From Eledone cirrhosa (Eukaryota), in NCBI GenBank assembly GCA_964016885.1, contig OZ024755.1:29326001-29390000 (forward strand): a stretch of DNA of 64,000 bases, given 5' to 3'. The notes below the pieces were generated by a model. That model had not been told where the DNA came from. It saw nothing but the letters and a program-made list of their open reading frames with translations, and made no database searches. Positions 1-15,354 of the stretch are shown here, in pieces; positions within the stretch are counted from its first letter, which is position 1; each line of letters opens with the position of its first letter. The position numbers and the translations under genes were made by a program.

Positions 1-552
1 AGCCATATTCAATTTAAACATATTCATACTGACAGATGCATTATTACTCCTCTATTAAGCCTTTTTAAAACAACAATGGAGGCAGCTCTTCTACATGCAA
101 GTTTAACAATATAGTAACACACATTCACAATACCCTAAGCAAATATTTGTGCTGTGCAAAACCAACAAACATGCCAACATAATGTTGGTATGTATTGATG
201 AACACGTTGACATGTCGATGTCGTATTCCGACGGATTTAAATCATCACAACCTGGAGGTAAAAACAATATATTTTCTAAGATATAAACGGGTAATATTTA
301 ATCAATATAGGACTATGTACCAACTTACGTTTGCCATTGAATGCCACTCACAGAGTGAGGCTACTAAATAATGATTCACCTATATAGACAAAGATAGGTC
401 ATATATAGGGATATGTAACAATGTCGTCTTTCGAAAGGAGTGTGTTGTTGTTGATATATATGAATAGAGTATCTGCAGAAAAGGCAGACAGTTAGATACC
501 ACGAACATACAAGTGCATCATTACCTCTTCAACTACTTTTCTGGCAGTATAG

Positions 553-3500
553 TGTCAACCATTAAGGTATTACTCCATTTGTAACGCCAGTTTGTACAAT
601 TGTCAAACATTAAGGTATTACTCCATTTATAACGCCAGTTTGTACAATTGTCAACCATTAAGGTATTACACCATTTGTAACGCCAGTTTGCACAATTGTC
701 AACCATTAAGGTATTACACCATTTGTAACGCCAGTTTGTACAATTGTCAACCATTAAGGTACTACACCATTTGTAACGCCAGTTTGCACAATTGTCAACC
801 ATTAAGGTATTACAGCATTTGTAACGCCAGTTTGTACAATTGTCAACCATTAAGGTATTACTCCATTTGTAACGCCAGTTTGTACAATTGTGAACCATTA
901 AGGTACTACACCATTTGTAACGCCAGTTTGTACAATTGTCAACCATTAAGGTATTACACCATTTGTAACGCCAGTTTGTACAATTGTCAACCATTAAGGT
1001 ATTACTCCATTTGTAACGCCAGTTTGTACAATTGTCAACCATTAAGGTATTACACCATTTGTAACCCCAGTTTGTACAATTGTCAACCATTAAGGTATTA
1101 CACCATTTGTAACGCCAGTTTGTACAATTGTCAACCATTAAGGTATTACACCATTTGTAACGCCAGATTGTACAATTGTCAACCATTAAGGTATTACACC
1201 ATTTGTAACGCCAGTTTGTACAATTGTCAACCATTAAGGTATTACACCATTTGTAACGCCAGTTTGTACAATTGTCAACCATTAAGGTACTACACCATTT
1301 GTAACGCCAATTTGTACAATTGTCAACCATTAAGGTACTACACCATTTGTAACGCCAGTTTGTACAATTGTCAACCATTAAGGTATTACACCATTTGTAA
1401 CGCCAGTTTGTACAATTGTCAACCATTAAGGTATTACACCATTTGTAACGCCAGTTTGTACAATTGTCAACCATTAAGGTACTACACCATTTGTAACGCC
1501 AGTTTGTACAATTGTCAACCATTAAGGTATTACACCATTTGTAACGCCAGTTTGTACAATTGTCAACCATTAAGGTATTACACCATTTGTAACGCCAGTT
1601 TGTACAATTGTCAACCATTAAGGTATTACACCATTTGTAACGCCAGTTTGTACAATTGTCAACCATTAAGGTATTACACCATTTGTAACGCCAGTTTGTA
1701 CAATTGTCAACCATTAAGGTATTACACCATTTGTAATGCCAGTTTGTACAATTGTCAACCATTAAGGTATTACACCATTTGTAACGCCAGTTTGTACAAT
1801 TGTCAACCATTAAGGTATTACACCATTTGTAATGCCAGTTTGTACAATTGTCAACCATTAAGGTATTACACCATTTGTAACGCCAGTTTGTACAATTGTC
1901 AACCATTAAGGTACTACACCATTTGTAACGCCAGTTTGTACAATTGTCAACCATTAAGGTATTACACCATTTGTAACGCCAGTTTGTACAATTGTCAACC
2001 ATTAAGGTATTACACCATTTGTAACGCCAGTTTGTACAATTGTGAACCATTAAGGTATTACACCATTTGTAACGCCAGTTTGTACAATTGTCAACCATTA
2101 AGGTATTACACCATTTGTAACGCCAGTTTGTACAATTGTCAACCATTAAGGTATTACACCATTTGTAATGCCAGTTTGTACAATTGTCAACCATTAAGGT
2201 ATTACACCATTTGTAACGCCAGTTTGTACAATTGTCAACCATTAAGGTATTACACCATTTGTAACGCCAGTTTGTACAATTGTCAACCATTAAGGTACTA
2301 CACCATTTGTAACGCCAGTTTGTACAATTGTCAACCATTAAGGTATTACACCATTTGTAACGCCAGTTTGTACAATTGTCAACCATTAAGGTATTACACC
2401 ATTTGTAACGCCAGTTTGTACAATTGTCAACCATTAAGGTACTACACCATTTGTAACGCCAGTTTGTACAATTGTCAACCATTAAGGTACTACACCATTT
2501 GTAATGCCAGTTTGTACAATTGTCAACCATTAAGGTATTACTCCATTTGTAACGCCAGTTTGTACAATTGTCAACCATTAAGGTACTACACCATTTGTAA
2601 TGCCAGTTTGTACAATTGTCAACCATTAAGGTATTACTCCATTTGTAACGCCAGTTTGTACAATTGTAAACCATTAAGGTATTACACCATTTGTAACGCC
2701 AGTTTGTACAATTGTCAACCATTAAGGTATTACACCATTTGTAACGCCAGTTTGTACAATTGTCAACCATTAAGGTATTACTCCATTTGTAACGCCAGTT
2801 TGTATAATTGTCAACCATTAAGGTATTACACCATTTGTAACGCCAGTTTGTACAATTGTCAACCATTAAGGTATTACACCATTTGTAACGCCAGTTTGTA
2901 CAATTGTCAACCATTAAGGTATTACACCATTTGTAACGCCAGTTTGTACAATTGTCAACCATTAAGGTATTACACCATTAGTAACGCCAGTTTGTACAAT
3001 TGTCAACCATTAAGGTATTACACCATTTGTAACGCCAGTTTGTACAATTGTCAACCATTAAGGTATTACACCATTTGCAACGCCAGTTTGTACAATTGTC
3101 AACCATTAAGGTATTACTCCATTTGTAACGCCAGTTTGTACAATTGTCAACCATTAAGTTATTACACCATTTGTAACGCCAGTTTGTACAATTGTCAACC
3201 ATTAAGGTATTACTCCATTTGTAACGCCAGTTTGTACAATTGTGAAACATTAAGGTATTACACCATTTGTAACGCCAGTTTGTACAATTGTCACCCATTA
3301 AGGTATTACACCATTAGTAACGCCAGTTTGTACAATTGTCAACCATTAAGGTATTACACCATTTGTAACGCCAGTTTGTACAATTGTCAACCATTAAGGT
3401 ATTACACCATTTGCAACGCCAGTTTGTACAATTGTCAACCATTAAGGTATTACTCCATTTGTAACGCCAGTTTGTACAATTGTCAACCATTAAGGTATTA

Positions 3501-5686
3501 CACCATTTGTAACGCCAGTTTGTACAATTGTCAACCATTAAGGTATTACACCATTTGTAACGCCAGTTTGTACAATTGTCAACCATTAAGGTATTACTCC
3601 ATTTGTAACGCCAGTTTGTACAATTGTCAACCATTCAGGTATTACTCCATTTGTAACGCCAGTTTGTACAATTGTCAACCATTAAGGTATTACTCCATTT
3701 GTAACGCCAGTTTGTACAATTGTCAACCATTCAGGTATTACTCCATTTGTAACGCCAGTTTGTACAATTGTCAACCATTAAGGTATTACACCATTTGTAA
3801 CGCCAGTTTGTACAATTGTCAACCATTAAGGTATTACTCCATTTGTAACGCCAGTTTGTACAATTGTCAACCATTCAGGTATTACTCCATTTGTAACGCC
3901 AGTTTGTACAATTGTCAACCATTCAGGTATTACTCCATTTGTAACGCCAGTTTGTACAATTGTCAACCATTAAGGTATTACTCCATTTGTAACGCCAGTT
4001 TGTACAATTGTCAACCATTAAGGTATTACTCCATTTGTAACGCCAGTTTGTACAATCGTCAACCATTCAGGTATTACTCCATTTGTAACGCCAGTTTGTA
4101 CAATTGTCAACCATTAAGGTATTACTCCATTTGTAACGCCAGTTTGTACAATTGTCAACCATTCAGGTATTACTCCATTTGTAACGCCAGTTTGTACAAT
4201 TGTCAACCATTAAGGTATTACACCATTTGTAACGCCAGTTTGTACAATTGTCAACCATTAAGGTATTACACCATTTGTAACGCCAGTTTGTACAATTGTC
4301 AACCATTAAGGTATTACACCATTTGCAACGCCAGTTTGTACAATTGTCAACCATTAAGGTATTACTCCATTTGTAACGCCAGTTTGTACAATTGTCAACC
4401 ATTCAGGTATTACTCCATTTGTAACGCCAGTTTGTACAATTGTCAACCATTAAGGTATTACACCATTTGTAACGCCAGTTTGTACAATTGTCAACCATTA
4501 AGGTATTACACCATTTGTAACGCCAGTTTGTACAATTGTCAACCATTAAGGTATTACTCCATTTGTAACGCCAGTTTGTACAATTGTCAACCATTCAGGT
4601 ATTACTCCATTTGTAACGCCAGTTTGTACAATTGTCAACCATTAAGGTATTACACCATTTGTAACGCCAGTTTGTACAATTGTCAACCATTAAGTTATTA
4701 CACCATTTGTAACGCCAGTTTGTACAATTGTCAACCATTAAGGTATTACACCATTAGTAACGCCAGTTTGTACAATCGTCAACCATTAAGGTATTACTCC
4801 ATTTGTAACGCCAGTTTGTACAATTGTGAAACATTAAGGTATTACACCATTTGTAACGCCAGATTGTACAATTGTCAACCATTAAGGTATTACACCATTT
4901 GTAACGCCAGATTGTACAATTGTCAACCATTAAGGTATTACACCATTTGTAACGCCAGTTTGTACAATTGTCAACCATTAAGGTATTACAGCATTTGTAA
5001 CGCCAGTTTGTACAATTGTCAACCATTAAGGTATTACAACATTTGTAACGCCAGTTTGTACAATTGTCAACCATTAAGGTATTACTCCATTTGTAACGCC
5101 AGTTTGTACAATTGTCAACCATTAAGGTATTACTCCATTTGTAACGCCAGTTTGTACAATTGTCAACCATTAAGGTATTACACCATTTGTAACGCCAGTT
5201 TGTACAATTGTCAACCATTAAGGTACTACACCATTTGTAACGCCAGTTTGTACAATTGTCAACCATTAAGGTATTACTCCATTTGTAACGCCAGTTTGTA
5301 CAATTGTCAACCATTAAGGTACTACACCATTTGTAACGCCAGTTTGTACAATTGTCAACCATTAAGGTACTACACCATTTGTAACGCCAGTTTGTACAAT
5401 TGTCAACCATTAAGGTACTACACCATTTGTAACGCCAGTTTGTACAATTGTCAACCATTAAGGTACTACACCATTTGTAACGCCAGTTTGTACAATTGTC
5501 AACCATTAAGGTACTACACCATTTGTAACGCCAGTTTGTACAATTGTCAACCATTAAGGTACTACACCATTTGTAACGCCAGTTTGTACAATTGTCAACC
5601 ATTAAGGTATTACAGCATTTGTAACGCCAGTTTGTACAATTGTCAACCATTAAGGTACTACACCATTTGTAACGCCAGTTTGTACA
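553..5686. repeat. 48-bp tandem minisatellite, ~107 copies
   Basis: Unit tgtcaaccattaaggtattacaccatttgtaacgccagtttgtacaat repeated head-to-tail with point variants only and no visible indels. It explains the long repetitive ORFs on both strands. Confidence 0.97.
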
Positions 5687-5826
5687 ACAGAAAATAACGT
5701 CGATCTGTTGCGATGTATATTAACTATTTTCATTTTATACTGAAGTATTATTCACACATACCCAAACCAACATAACCCTACTTGATAAGCCTTGTCTTTA
5801 CTTGCTTCACGTACTCTATTTCTACT

Positions 5827-5934
<108 letters not shown>

Positions 5935-6079
5935 TTCTCTCACTCTCCTCTTAATGTTTCTCACTTGCTCTTGCTGCTACTACCCCTGAGGGAGACAGTT
6001 GATTTAGATTTTTGTGATGGTAACTGTTGAGATTGATCACACTTCCTTTCGCTCTGTATTTCAGTGTCGAGAAATTAAT

Positions 6080-6264
6080 TGTTTCTACTTTAGGCACAAG
6101 GCCAGCAATTACCCAGTGCATTACTGGTACTTTATTTTATCTACCCCGTAAGGATGAAAGGCAAAGTCAACCTCGGCGGGATTTGAACTCAGATCGTAAA
6201 GGGACGTAACTATGCTGGAAAGCATGGCGTCCGACCCTCTACCGATACTGCCAATCCACCACCA
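6080..6264 (-). mobile_element. tRNA-derived SINE (family A, Meta-domain-like core), full length with TSD
   Basis: Minus strand has A-box TGGCAGTATCGG, B-box GAGTTCAAATCC and core GCCTTTCATCCTTACGGGGT. A 20-bp direct repeat ttcagtgtcgagaaattaat flanks it at 6060-6079 and 6265-6284. Confidence 0.9.
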
Positions 6265-6509
6265 TTCAGTGTCGAGAAATTAATGATTGCCTACATCTGG
6301 GGTTTTGTGCTTTACATGTACATGCACAATATGTTGTCCATTGAATACTTGTTGTAATTTACCAGGTATGTAACACTATAGCTGTTAACATCTCACATGC
6401 ATCGCACCAGCAGAGAGGCCATACTGTTGGGCAAACTGGCATTACGTGTGCACTACCACCTTAATGCATGGACGCTGCAGAGGTAACAACGATTCACTTG
6501 CTGCATGTG

Positions 6510-6897
<388 letters not shown>

Positions 6898-6899
6898 CA

Positions 6900-6956
<57 letters not shown>

Positions 6957-7832
6957 GTATGTATGTATGTATATATGTATGCCTCTATTGTAACGAGTCG
7001 GGTGGGGGACGGACGGTTGAGCACTTGTCGTTTCAACAGCTAGCTCCAGACTGGAACTAGGCGTTGAAACAGCAAGAGCGAAGCCGTCGGGCCCGGCCCT
7101 TTTACAATAGAGCCATACTCTACTATCCCAAGTATCGAGTACTCAGTTGAGTAATGGTCTAACTAAATTTAATCATTGCATTTATACAGGTGAATGTAAG
7201 TTATGTAAAATGTGACAGAAACCCCTCAAATATGGAACGATGTCACAATTACGCATTTGGGCGTTTTATCTCATTATCAGAAGCTAACTGTAGCCCTCTC
7301 AATTCAATATACAACCTTAGTTTACTCTGGATATATTTCTAAAAGTCCTCGCTTTGAAAACTAATGAATATACTTCATCTGTTGAATGCTCTCAAAATAT
7401 ATTTTAAAAGGTTCTGGAATTGAAAATTAATGAATATTCTTAAACCAATGAATACTCTGAAAATCCTACCAACCCACACACGTGCAGATATTCCTGCGTG
7501 TCCACATGCACGGGTTTACATACAATTACGATACCAATATAATGCAGATATCTTACGAAGCATATAACGAAAATTAGATGCGACATTTCGTCTAATGGCA
7601 TTCGTGTTTTGGCCGTATAACGAAGGAAAAATTAAATTAACGTATTTATTTTATAATTGAAAGTAATCATGTATTTGCGTGCTTTTTATTCATGGTATAC
7701 TATAATTAATTATCGTTTAATTATAGATACACACAAACAAGCATACATATATACATACACACATACACACATATATATATATATACATATACACGCACAC
7801 ACACATATATATATACGCGTATATACATATTT

Positions 7833-7865
<33 letters not shown>

Positions 7866-7984
7866 CGCATATATACATATTTATATATATATATATATAT
7901 ATATACGCATATATACATATTTATATATATATATATATATATATATACACGCATATATACATATTTATATATATATATATAGGA

Positions 7985-8198
7985 ACGATCGACTTTCGTC
8001 AAATCGGACCGAGGGAACAATGTTTCCGTTGGTCTTTCCAATTGCTAATACTATCTATCGGTCGCAACTCCAGGTAGAAGGAGCAACGTGAAATAAAGTG
8101 TCTTGCTCAAGGACATAACGCATCGCCTGGTCCAGGATTCGAACTCACAACCTTACGATTGCGAATCCAATTCTCTAACCACTCAGCTACACGCCTTC
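7985..8198 (-). mobile_element. tRNA-derived SINE (family B, V/CORE-like core)
   Basis: Minus strand GAAGGCGTGTAGCTGAGTGGTTAGAG..GAGTTCGAATCCTGG..TGTCCTTGAGCAAGACAC; homologous to 37020-37232. Confidence 0.85.
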
Positions 8199-8228
8199 AT
8201 ATGTATATATACGCATATATACATATTT

Positions 8229-8263
<35 letters not shown>

Positions 8264-8315
8264 CGCATATATACATATTTATATATATATATATATATAT
8301 ATACGCATATATACA

Positions 8316-8347
<32 letters not shown>

Positions 8348-8430
8348 CGCATATATACATATTTATATATATATATATATATATATACGCATACATACAT
8401 ATTTATATATATAAATAAATAAATATATAA

Positions 8431-8557
<127 letters not shown>

Positions 8558-8564
8558 TATATAT

Positions 8565-8618
<54 letters not shown>

Positions 8619-8984
8619 GAGATAGAGAGAGATAAAGAGGAAGAGAGAAGGAGAGAGGGGGGGAGAGAGGGAGAGAGGGGAAGAGATAGGGAGAAAGAGG
8701 CAGAGAGAGTGAGATTGTTTAACAAGCGATTTGATCTGTGGTCCTGAGTATTTAACAACTACTTCATATAAAATCTCACATATATGATATATCCTCTATT
8801 GCATTATTTGTATATTTTAAACTGTAGAAAATTTCCAGGGTCCATCTTTGACATTGGCAATAAAAAAAAAATTGTAAATTAAATTATATAAGCTGTAATG
8901 GAAAATTTCTATTTTTTTCATACTTTTTTCTTTTTTTTTTCAATCAAAACATAAATTTCCTTTCTAATTATGGTATCTGATTTA

Positions 8985-9130
8985 GACACAAGGCCGACAT
9001 TTTTGAGGGAGGCGATGATCAAATGAATCGAATCTAGTGTATTACTGGTATTTTATTTTATCGACCCCATAAGGATGTAAGCAAAGTTAACCTCAGCCTG
9101 ATGTGAATTCAGAACCTAAAGGACCGTATC
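8985..9130 (-). mobile_element. SINE family A, degraded
   Basis: cacaaggcc..tactggta..tttatcgacccc.taaggatg..gttaacctc match family A. Confidence 0.7.
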
Positions 9131-9986
9131 TAAATGTTATGCATTTTCTAAATGTTATGCATTTTCTAAGAATTCTGCCAAATCACTGACTTTATTTCCT
9201 TTCTAATTATGAAGTTTCATTTCGGTTATCGTTAACTTTTAGTTTTTAAAAAGGCGAGGAAGATATAACGAAGCATCTTGCCCCTCCGCAATCATTGTAG
9301 TTGTAAACAATGCAACTATTTTCCACCTCTATCCAGGTGTGTCTCTTGCTGCTGCATCTGACACTGTCACTCGCCTTCCTATTACATTCCACTATTTCCT
9401 TTGCTGTAAAGAAAATACCAAATTTTCCTTTAACTACAACACATGTTACAACTGGACTTCATCCTATTACATTCTGAGTGACCCCCACAGTGTATTCTTT
9501 AAGGTACTTACCTGATATTGCTTGTGGTCATCGGATTTCTATCAGGATTGCCTGTTATTAAAGACCTCCTTCGATAATATGTTATTGTGTGTCACGTCTG
9601 TTTCCACTATATATCCATACTGTTCCGCAAGCGGGACAAAAAATATAACAGTAGAACCCATACCAAAATCTCTGGGGCCGTTTTCCGAGTGTTTCAGGGA
9701 TTCATTATCTTAAGTAATCATCACAACAATCCTCGACATGACTTCCATCAAAATCCCTTCTTTTTTAAAGCTACATTTAGGTCACCTTAAATCTAAACCT
9801 TTCCTGTATTAATTTTTCGAGCAAGTAGGCACTAACCATTGTAGTGTATTTTAAGGAATTCGTTTCCTGCTGCTTCGTTTGGATTCTTTACACAAAAGAA
9901 AATGAGAGAATATTTTTATATTTTGTCGATTTGTCGATGTCCACAATGAATTTCCGATTGAAATCCATGGTTACAAAATGTCAACA

Positions 9987-10029
<43 letters not shown>

Positions 10030-10031
<2 letters not shown>

Positions 10032-10239
10032 CGTTTCTGAATTTGTTTAGCAAGATTCTTTATCTGAAATCGTGTGTTGAAACCGATATTGTTATACTTT
10101 GGGAGGGTCATGTTGCCAATAAGAAACACACGCACCAGTTGCTTTCACTTCCAACCAACCAGAAATTTATAAATTCCTAAATTTATAAATTTATTATGGT
10201 GCGTGTGTTTCCTATTGGCAACATGACCCTCCCAAAGTA

Positions 10240-10243
<4 letters not shown>
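10030..10243. mobile_element. (TA)n-flanked foldback mini-element, same family as 51488-52057 and 42765-42900
   Basis: Inverted arms gttatactttgggagggtcatgttgccaataagaaacacacgcacca / tggtgcgtgtgtttcctattggcaacatgaccctcccaaagtataac. Confidence 0.8.
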
Positions 10244-10271
<28 letters not shown>

Positions 10272-10275
<4 letters not shown>

Positions 10276-10733
10276 ATTAAATAAATGGAAACTATATTTA
10301 TAAAACCATATTTATTTCGTTATATATATTTCAGGGATATCATATTAACAATATGTTATGCCTTCTTCAGATAAAATACAATATAAACAGTCTTATAAAT
10401 AAATAGATACGACATACCTTTCAATCACCTTGCATTTGGGTGGTTGATTTGGCAGTTTTCAATCACCTTGCATTTCCCAAATGCAAGGTGATTGAAAGGT
10501 ATGTCGTATCTATTTATTTATAAGACTGTTTATATTGTATTTTATCTGAAGAAGGCATAACATATTGTTAATATGATATCCCTGAAAAATATATATAACG
10601 AAATAAATATGGTTTTATAAATATAGTTTCCATTTATTTAATATCATAAATATACTCCAAATACTTGTTGAGTGCTTTTATATCAGTTATAAATATTTAC
10701 TCGTTGTTAACCCAACAATTTAAATATAACTTT

Positions 10734-10736
<3 letters not shown>
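10272..10736. mobile_element. (TA)n-flanked palindromic mini-element with HHR-like motif; further copies 43490-43900, 56698-57225, ~62000-62110
   Basis: About 160-bp inverted arms. CTGAAGA-AGG..CCT-GAAA-(AT palindrome) occurs in both arms; stem I pairing is imperfect. Confidence 0.75.
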
Positions 10737-10768
<32 letters not shown>

Positions 10769-10891
10769 GGAGGTGAGTTTTATTGTAGTACAATAAAGCA
10801 ATGCAGATATCGGATAAGAAGCACTCTACAGTTTGTGGGACTGGAGTATGCATAATATAAGATCAAAAGATGGTTAAAGGAGTTCAATATA

Positions 10892-10958
10892 TTTTATTAT
10901 GCGCATTTCAAAAACAAACATCATCAAACAATAATATTTGTGTTTTCATCAGATAAAA
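10892..10958 (-). ncRNA. Type I hammerhead ribozyme
   Basis: Minus strand TTTTAT-CTGATGA-[AAAC..GTTTTT stem II]-GAA-ATGCGCAT-A-ATAAAA: perfect 6-bp stem I, palindromic stem III, AUA cleavage triplet. Lies within a (TA)n-flanked insert. Confidence 0.75.
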
Positions 10959-11034
10959 CAGGAGAACATGATATGAAGGCTAAAAAAACACTTGTTGATA
11001 GTGCAGTTTTAAATCAACATATATATATATATAT

Positions 11035-11089
<55 letters not shown>

Positions 11090-11481
11090 TGTTGACATTT
11101 TGTAACCATCATATATATATGCATGTATGCTGGCAGCACAGGCAGGCATTAGGATGTGTGTTTTCCTGCTAGCGGCCTATCAAATATATCGATCTTCATC
11201 TGAGGAAACCGTTCCCATAATCAACAGCAAATGCATGAATGACATCTCGATTGCATGAAGAACCGTAGAAATAATTATTATGATTAAACGATATATGTAA
11301 CCACAGCATCTTATTTTATTATTTATATATTTTTACACACACATGTGTATTTCTGTCTATTCTGGTAAAAGAAGTAAGAATTTGCTTGCTATTTACACAA
11401 TTTTTGTCATATTTAATGATACAACTGCTAATTAAACTCTAGGGAATGTTCAGTTTTATTAAATTTGTTGTACAGTCTCAA

Positions 11482-11700
11482 CCCTTTAGCATTTACGTTA
11501 TTCTATATTTACTATTATATTTTCACAATAAAGGCTTTATCTAAAAGAATTATCTCACATAATATCGAATCTATGTGATTGATATTATTTATTTTGAGAG
11601 CAATACCTTAGTGTAGGTGTGAACGGTCAGTTACAGCCAGTTGAATCGAAAGAGGTGAAATAGTTCTGATCGGATACGGCCGGTTTAAATGCTTAAAGGG
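11482..11700. mobile_element. piggyBac-like MITE
   Basis: Termini CCCTTTAGCATTTA / TAAATGCTTAAAGGG flanked by (T)CAA and TTAA; second copy at 60053-60270. Confidence 0.7.
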
Positions 11701-14221
11701 TTAAATACAATATACATTTGTTAATATCAGGGAGCTGTTTATTCGATGTGCCTTACCTAAATTTATGAATAGCCTAAGAATTCTGTTAGAAGAGAAACTA
11801 CGTATTTTAATGTCCACAATAGTTCATAGAAGGATATTCCACGTGATTCATAAACATACTGTAGTATCTAAGAAGCTTAAAAAACTGATATTGCTATGAG
11901 AAAAAAATATCTAGGATTTTAAAAGTCTGGAAGGGAAATAATACCAAATTTCTCAATTAGATGACCCAATACGATTGACACTCATTGTATTGAACTATTA
12001 GGTTTAAAGAGGAGATCCTTCCTGAAAGGAATGTGTATTAGCTAGTATATGTCGCATACATTTTCATTTTCAATTTTAAACACGCCTAGGATGAGATTTA
12101 TTATTATACATACAAAAATGATCCAAAGTTGCTGATATTTTTCACGATGTATACTACTTGAAGCTTTAATGGGATTTGCATAATTTAACTTAATTATTGT
12201 AATATTGCTTGTAATATGCACTTAATTAGCACAGCTTCATCCAATATAACATAGCGCTTTATCATAACAACATTAACTGAGTTAGGCAGAATCATCGCGT
12301 CTGAGCCAAGAAATGTTTAGAGGTTAGAGTACCTTGGAAAGAACGATTTGAATAAGTCAACGTGAGAGCCGCTGGTACTGTGAGGCGTTTAAAGTGAGTT
12401 GTTGAAGCTACGGATGGCAGTCACTCAGTGAGCTTTCCCATCGATTTGGGCTTTACAGGATTAACGAAGAGGAGAACCATTTATCATTTAATCTACGAGC
12501 GAAACCAGAGAGAAAGCCACCATAATAAATGAAGCTTGCTGGAGGGTGGATAGCTGAAAGTGCCGTAACACCGAACAACCCAAATTAATATTACTGATCA
12601 TCATTCCAAGCGCATCTACTAGAATGTATTTTGCAGATAACATACGGGGATGAAATTGCATAAAATCTTTACAAAGTTGCATACACACATTAATGTAATC
12701 CAATTCCACATCCATGATCACAAATATGATAAATAATGAATAACATTGATTGAAAAGGTAGAAGGGTTACCGATCGAATGCGTATTTAATTAGCTTTACA
12801 AAAATATTCTTCATTGCCTGCAAATTTTATTACACTTCAACACAAGATGTATTATACTTTTAATTGCAATGTTAATGATTTGTGTTATATCCACCGTAAA
12901 GCAAATAATGCCTGCCAGCTGATAATTTTGATTTAACCACTTTATTGAAATAATTATCTTAAATTTTATCCTGAACGAAAAATAAACCATGTTCATCCTT
13001 GTTAAACTTTCATTAAAATTAGACGTTAAAAGCAATTCACATGATCAAAATATTGTTTTGTTCTCATCGTGTATGTCTGATACAGAAGTGGATGCTTGCT
13101 TATTTTGAGCTAAAAATTCCTCTATTAGTAAAGAGATCAAACATTTATTCAATTTCCATATTCTCGAGAAAGAAATGCAGACTACATTATTATGAGAATA
13201 AAGTAAAGATGGCGCTAATATATTGGATGTATTTTGTAAGACAATATCGTCATATCAGTAGCAAACGTCTCCAAAAAATACGGCCGAGTCCCCAAGTGAG
13301 ACCAACCAAGATTATATATATTATCCAGCCATCATGCTTTTCGTATACCTCTGGCATTCCTTCCGATTAGCTTTGACCTTAGAATCCATCCATATTAGAC
13401 ATTCTCGCCACATCCATAGTATCAAAGCTGTTCACCGTTCGATTCGGAGACGTAGCGACTCTACCTGGAGTGACTCTCGGATCACATTCTGCAGTACATC
13501 CTAAGATTGTTATGCAAATATTTAATCATAAACTCACTCATTAGGTATTTGCATTTGATGAAGTTTATTTCGTTGCAAGCATTCAAAGCAGGCTTACAAT
13601 TTGCCCATCACTCCAATAATAAAAGTTGCAAATCTAAAGATAAGCCAACTAGCAGCTCGAACATCAACCATTGCATTTGGAACCAGAATGTGAGATTAGG
13701 TTGGCGCATCACATATCTGCATTTCCAAGTCTCTTCAGTTGTTTTAGGGACCTGATAAATGTCCTCTCCGGACCGTTGGGGTACACATCCTACAAACGAT
13801 GGGCTATGGTTATTGCTGTCTTTTCTTCCGATAGCATAGGATCAGCTCATTTGATTTTATTACCAAAAAGCAATCTTCCCTTTCTACCTATGGACTAGAC
13901 TTGATTTTTGCTCTTTAAACTCTCTTGTTGGTGGCCGAACTTTGTGGCGAAAAATATCGCATTTAGATGCGCAGTCTGGCGGACTTTAGCGTCAAAGTAT
14001 TAGTAAATAGTACGTACTATCTTGTACATAGCTTTTACAAAAAGGTATCACCTCGATGTTGGAGATTTTTGTGCTCAATAAAGTCATTATTATTATTGTT
14101 GTTGCTTTCTTACTATTGTGTGCCTTGTTTATTTCAATGCGCACGCGCACACACACACATATATATATATGAGTGTGTGCAAGAAGAAGAAGAAGATGAC
14201 AGACCGTTTCTCTTAAACAAG

Positions 14222-14437
14222 AAGGGCTGTGAATTGGCAGTATCGGTAGAGAGTCGGACACCATGCTTTCCAGCATAGTTAAGGCCCTTTACGTTCTGAG
14301 TTCAAATCCGGCCGAAGTTAACTTTGCCTTTCATCCTTACGGGGTCGATAAAATAAAGCACCAGTAACGTACTGGGGTCGATTTAATCGACTTTTCCCTC
14401 CCCCTAAATTACTGGCTTTCTGCCTATACTAGAAATT
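14222..14437 (+). mobile_element. SINE family A (long-tail variant)
   Basis: A-box, B-box and core present; tail gtcgatttaatcgac..tgcctatactagaaa. Confidence 0.85.
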
Positions 14438-15354
14438 ATTTATACTAAACAACCGCCAAACTAATATCTACCTCCCGCTGACCTGTCTTCCTTTAATATA
14501 CCAATCTATCCATATTTCAATGACCAAAGAAACATCTATCATAAAACCCTCAGTCCAGAAGATCACAATTAACGAAGGTTGCAAATGCTCATACGTCTGT
14601 ATTATAGAACACTTGTTATTGAGCAATAAACTCCTAATGATAGAATGAAGAAATGAGAAAGAAAAATATTGTGGATTACATGGACTGATTACCCAACATA
14701 TTTTGACGTGATTTCACAAAAGATAGATCCTGGAAACATTATCTAGTTTAATACGAATACACTTTAGACAAGTCTGTAAATTATGGCAAAAATTATTTTC
14801 TTGATACAAATATAAGAACAAATTATGTATGCTAACAGCATCTCTTGTTGAGGAGAATACACAAAGGGGCTATGCTTTCCCGTTATGAATATAGAAATCT
14901 TCCTCTAAAATTCTAACTTCCAAGTCTCATCTATTGTAGGTATAATTTGGTCATGCTTTGGATATATTTTTCTCTTCAATCATCAAATAATACTTTGTGT
15001 TAGATGCGTTCAAATGTGTATAGCGAGGTACACGCGCTTTAGCTATTTATTGATATCACTTTTGAAGTTTGTTTTTTTTAAATTGAAGTCTCAAATAAAT
15101 TTGCTGAGAGTTTTAAACTCAGAATTGGCGAAGATATGAATACCGTCGAATTTTAAACACAATAAACATTTATGAGTTAAATGACAAATATAAAACACGT
15201 TTGTCAACTTGTGAATATCCTAGACATTGCCAAATACGATATACCAAGGGATTTTCAATAAATTAATGCTCATCAACTACTTCTTCGGAAGCAGGATGGG
15301 ACACAAAAGAATTATTGAGTGTGACTTTGCGTGTAGAAGTGAAATAATGGTATT

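Noticed and set aside
533-5650. Minus-strand W/C-rich ORFs (809 aa etc.) as genes
   Set aside because: By-product of a 48-bp unit divisible by three; interrupted by stops wherever variants occur.
553-5686. CRISPR array
   Set aside because: Units are contiguous 48-mers with no unique spacers, no cas genes, and the context is eukaryotic.
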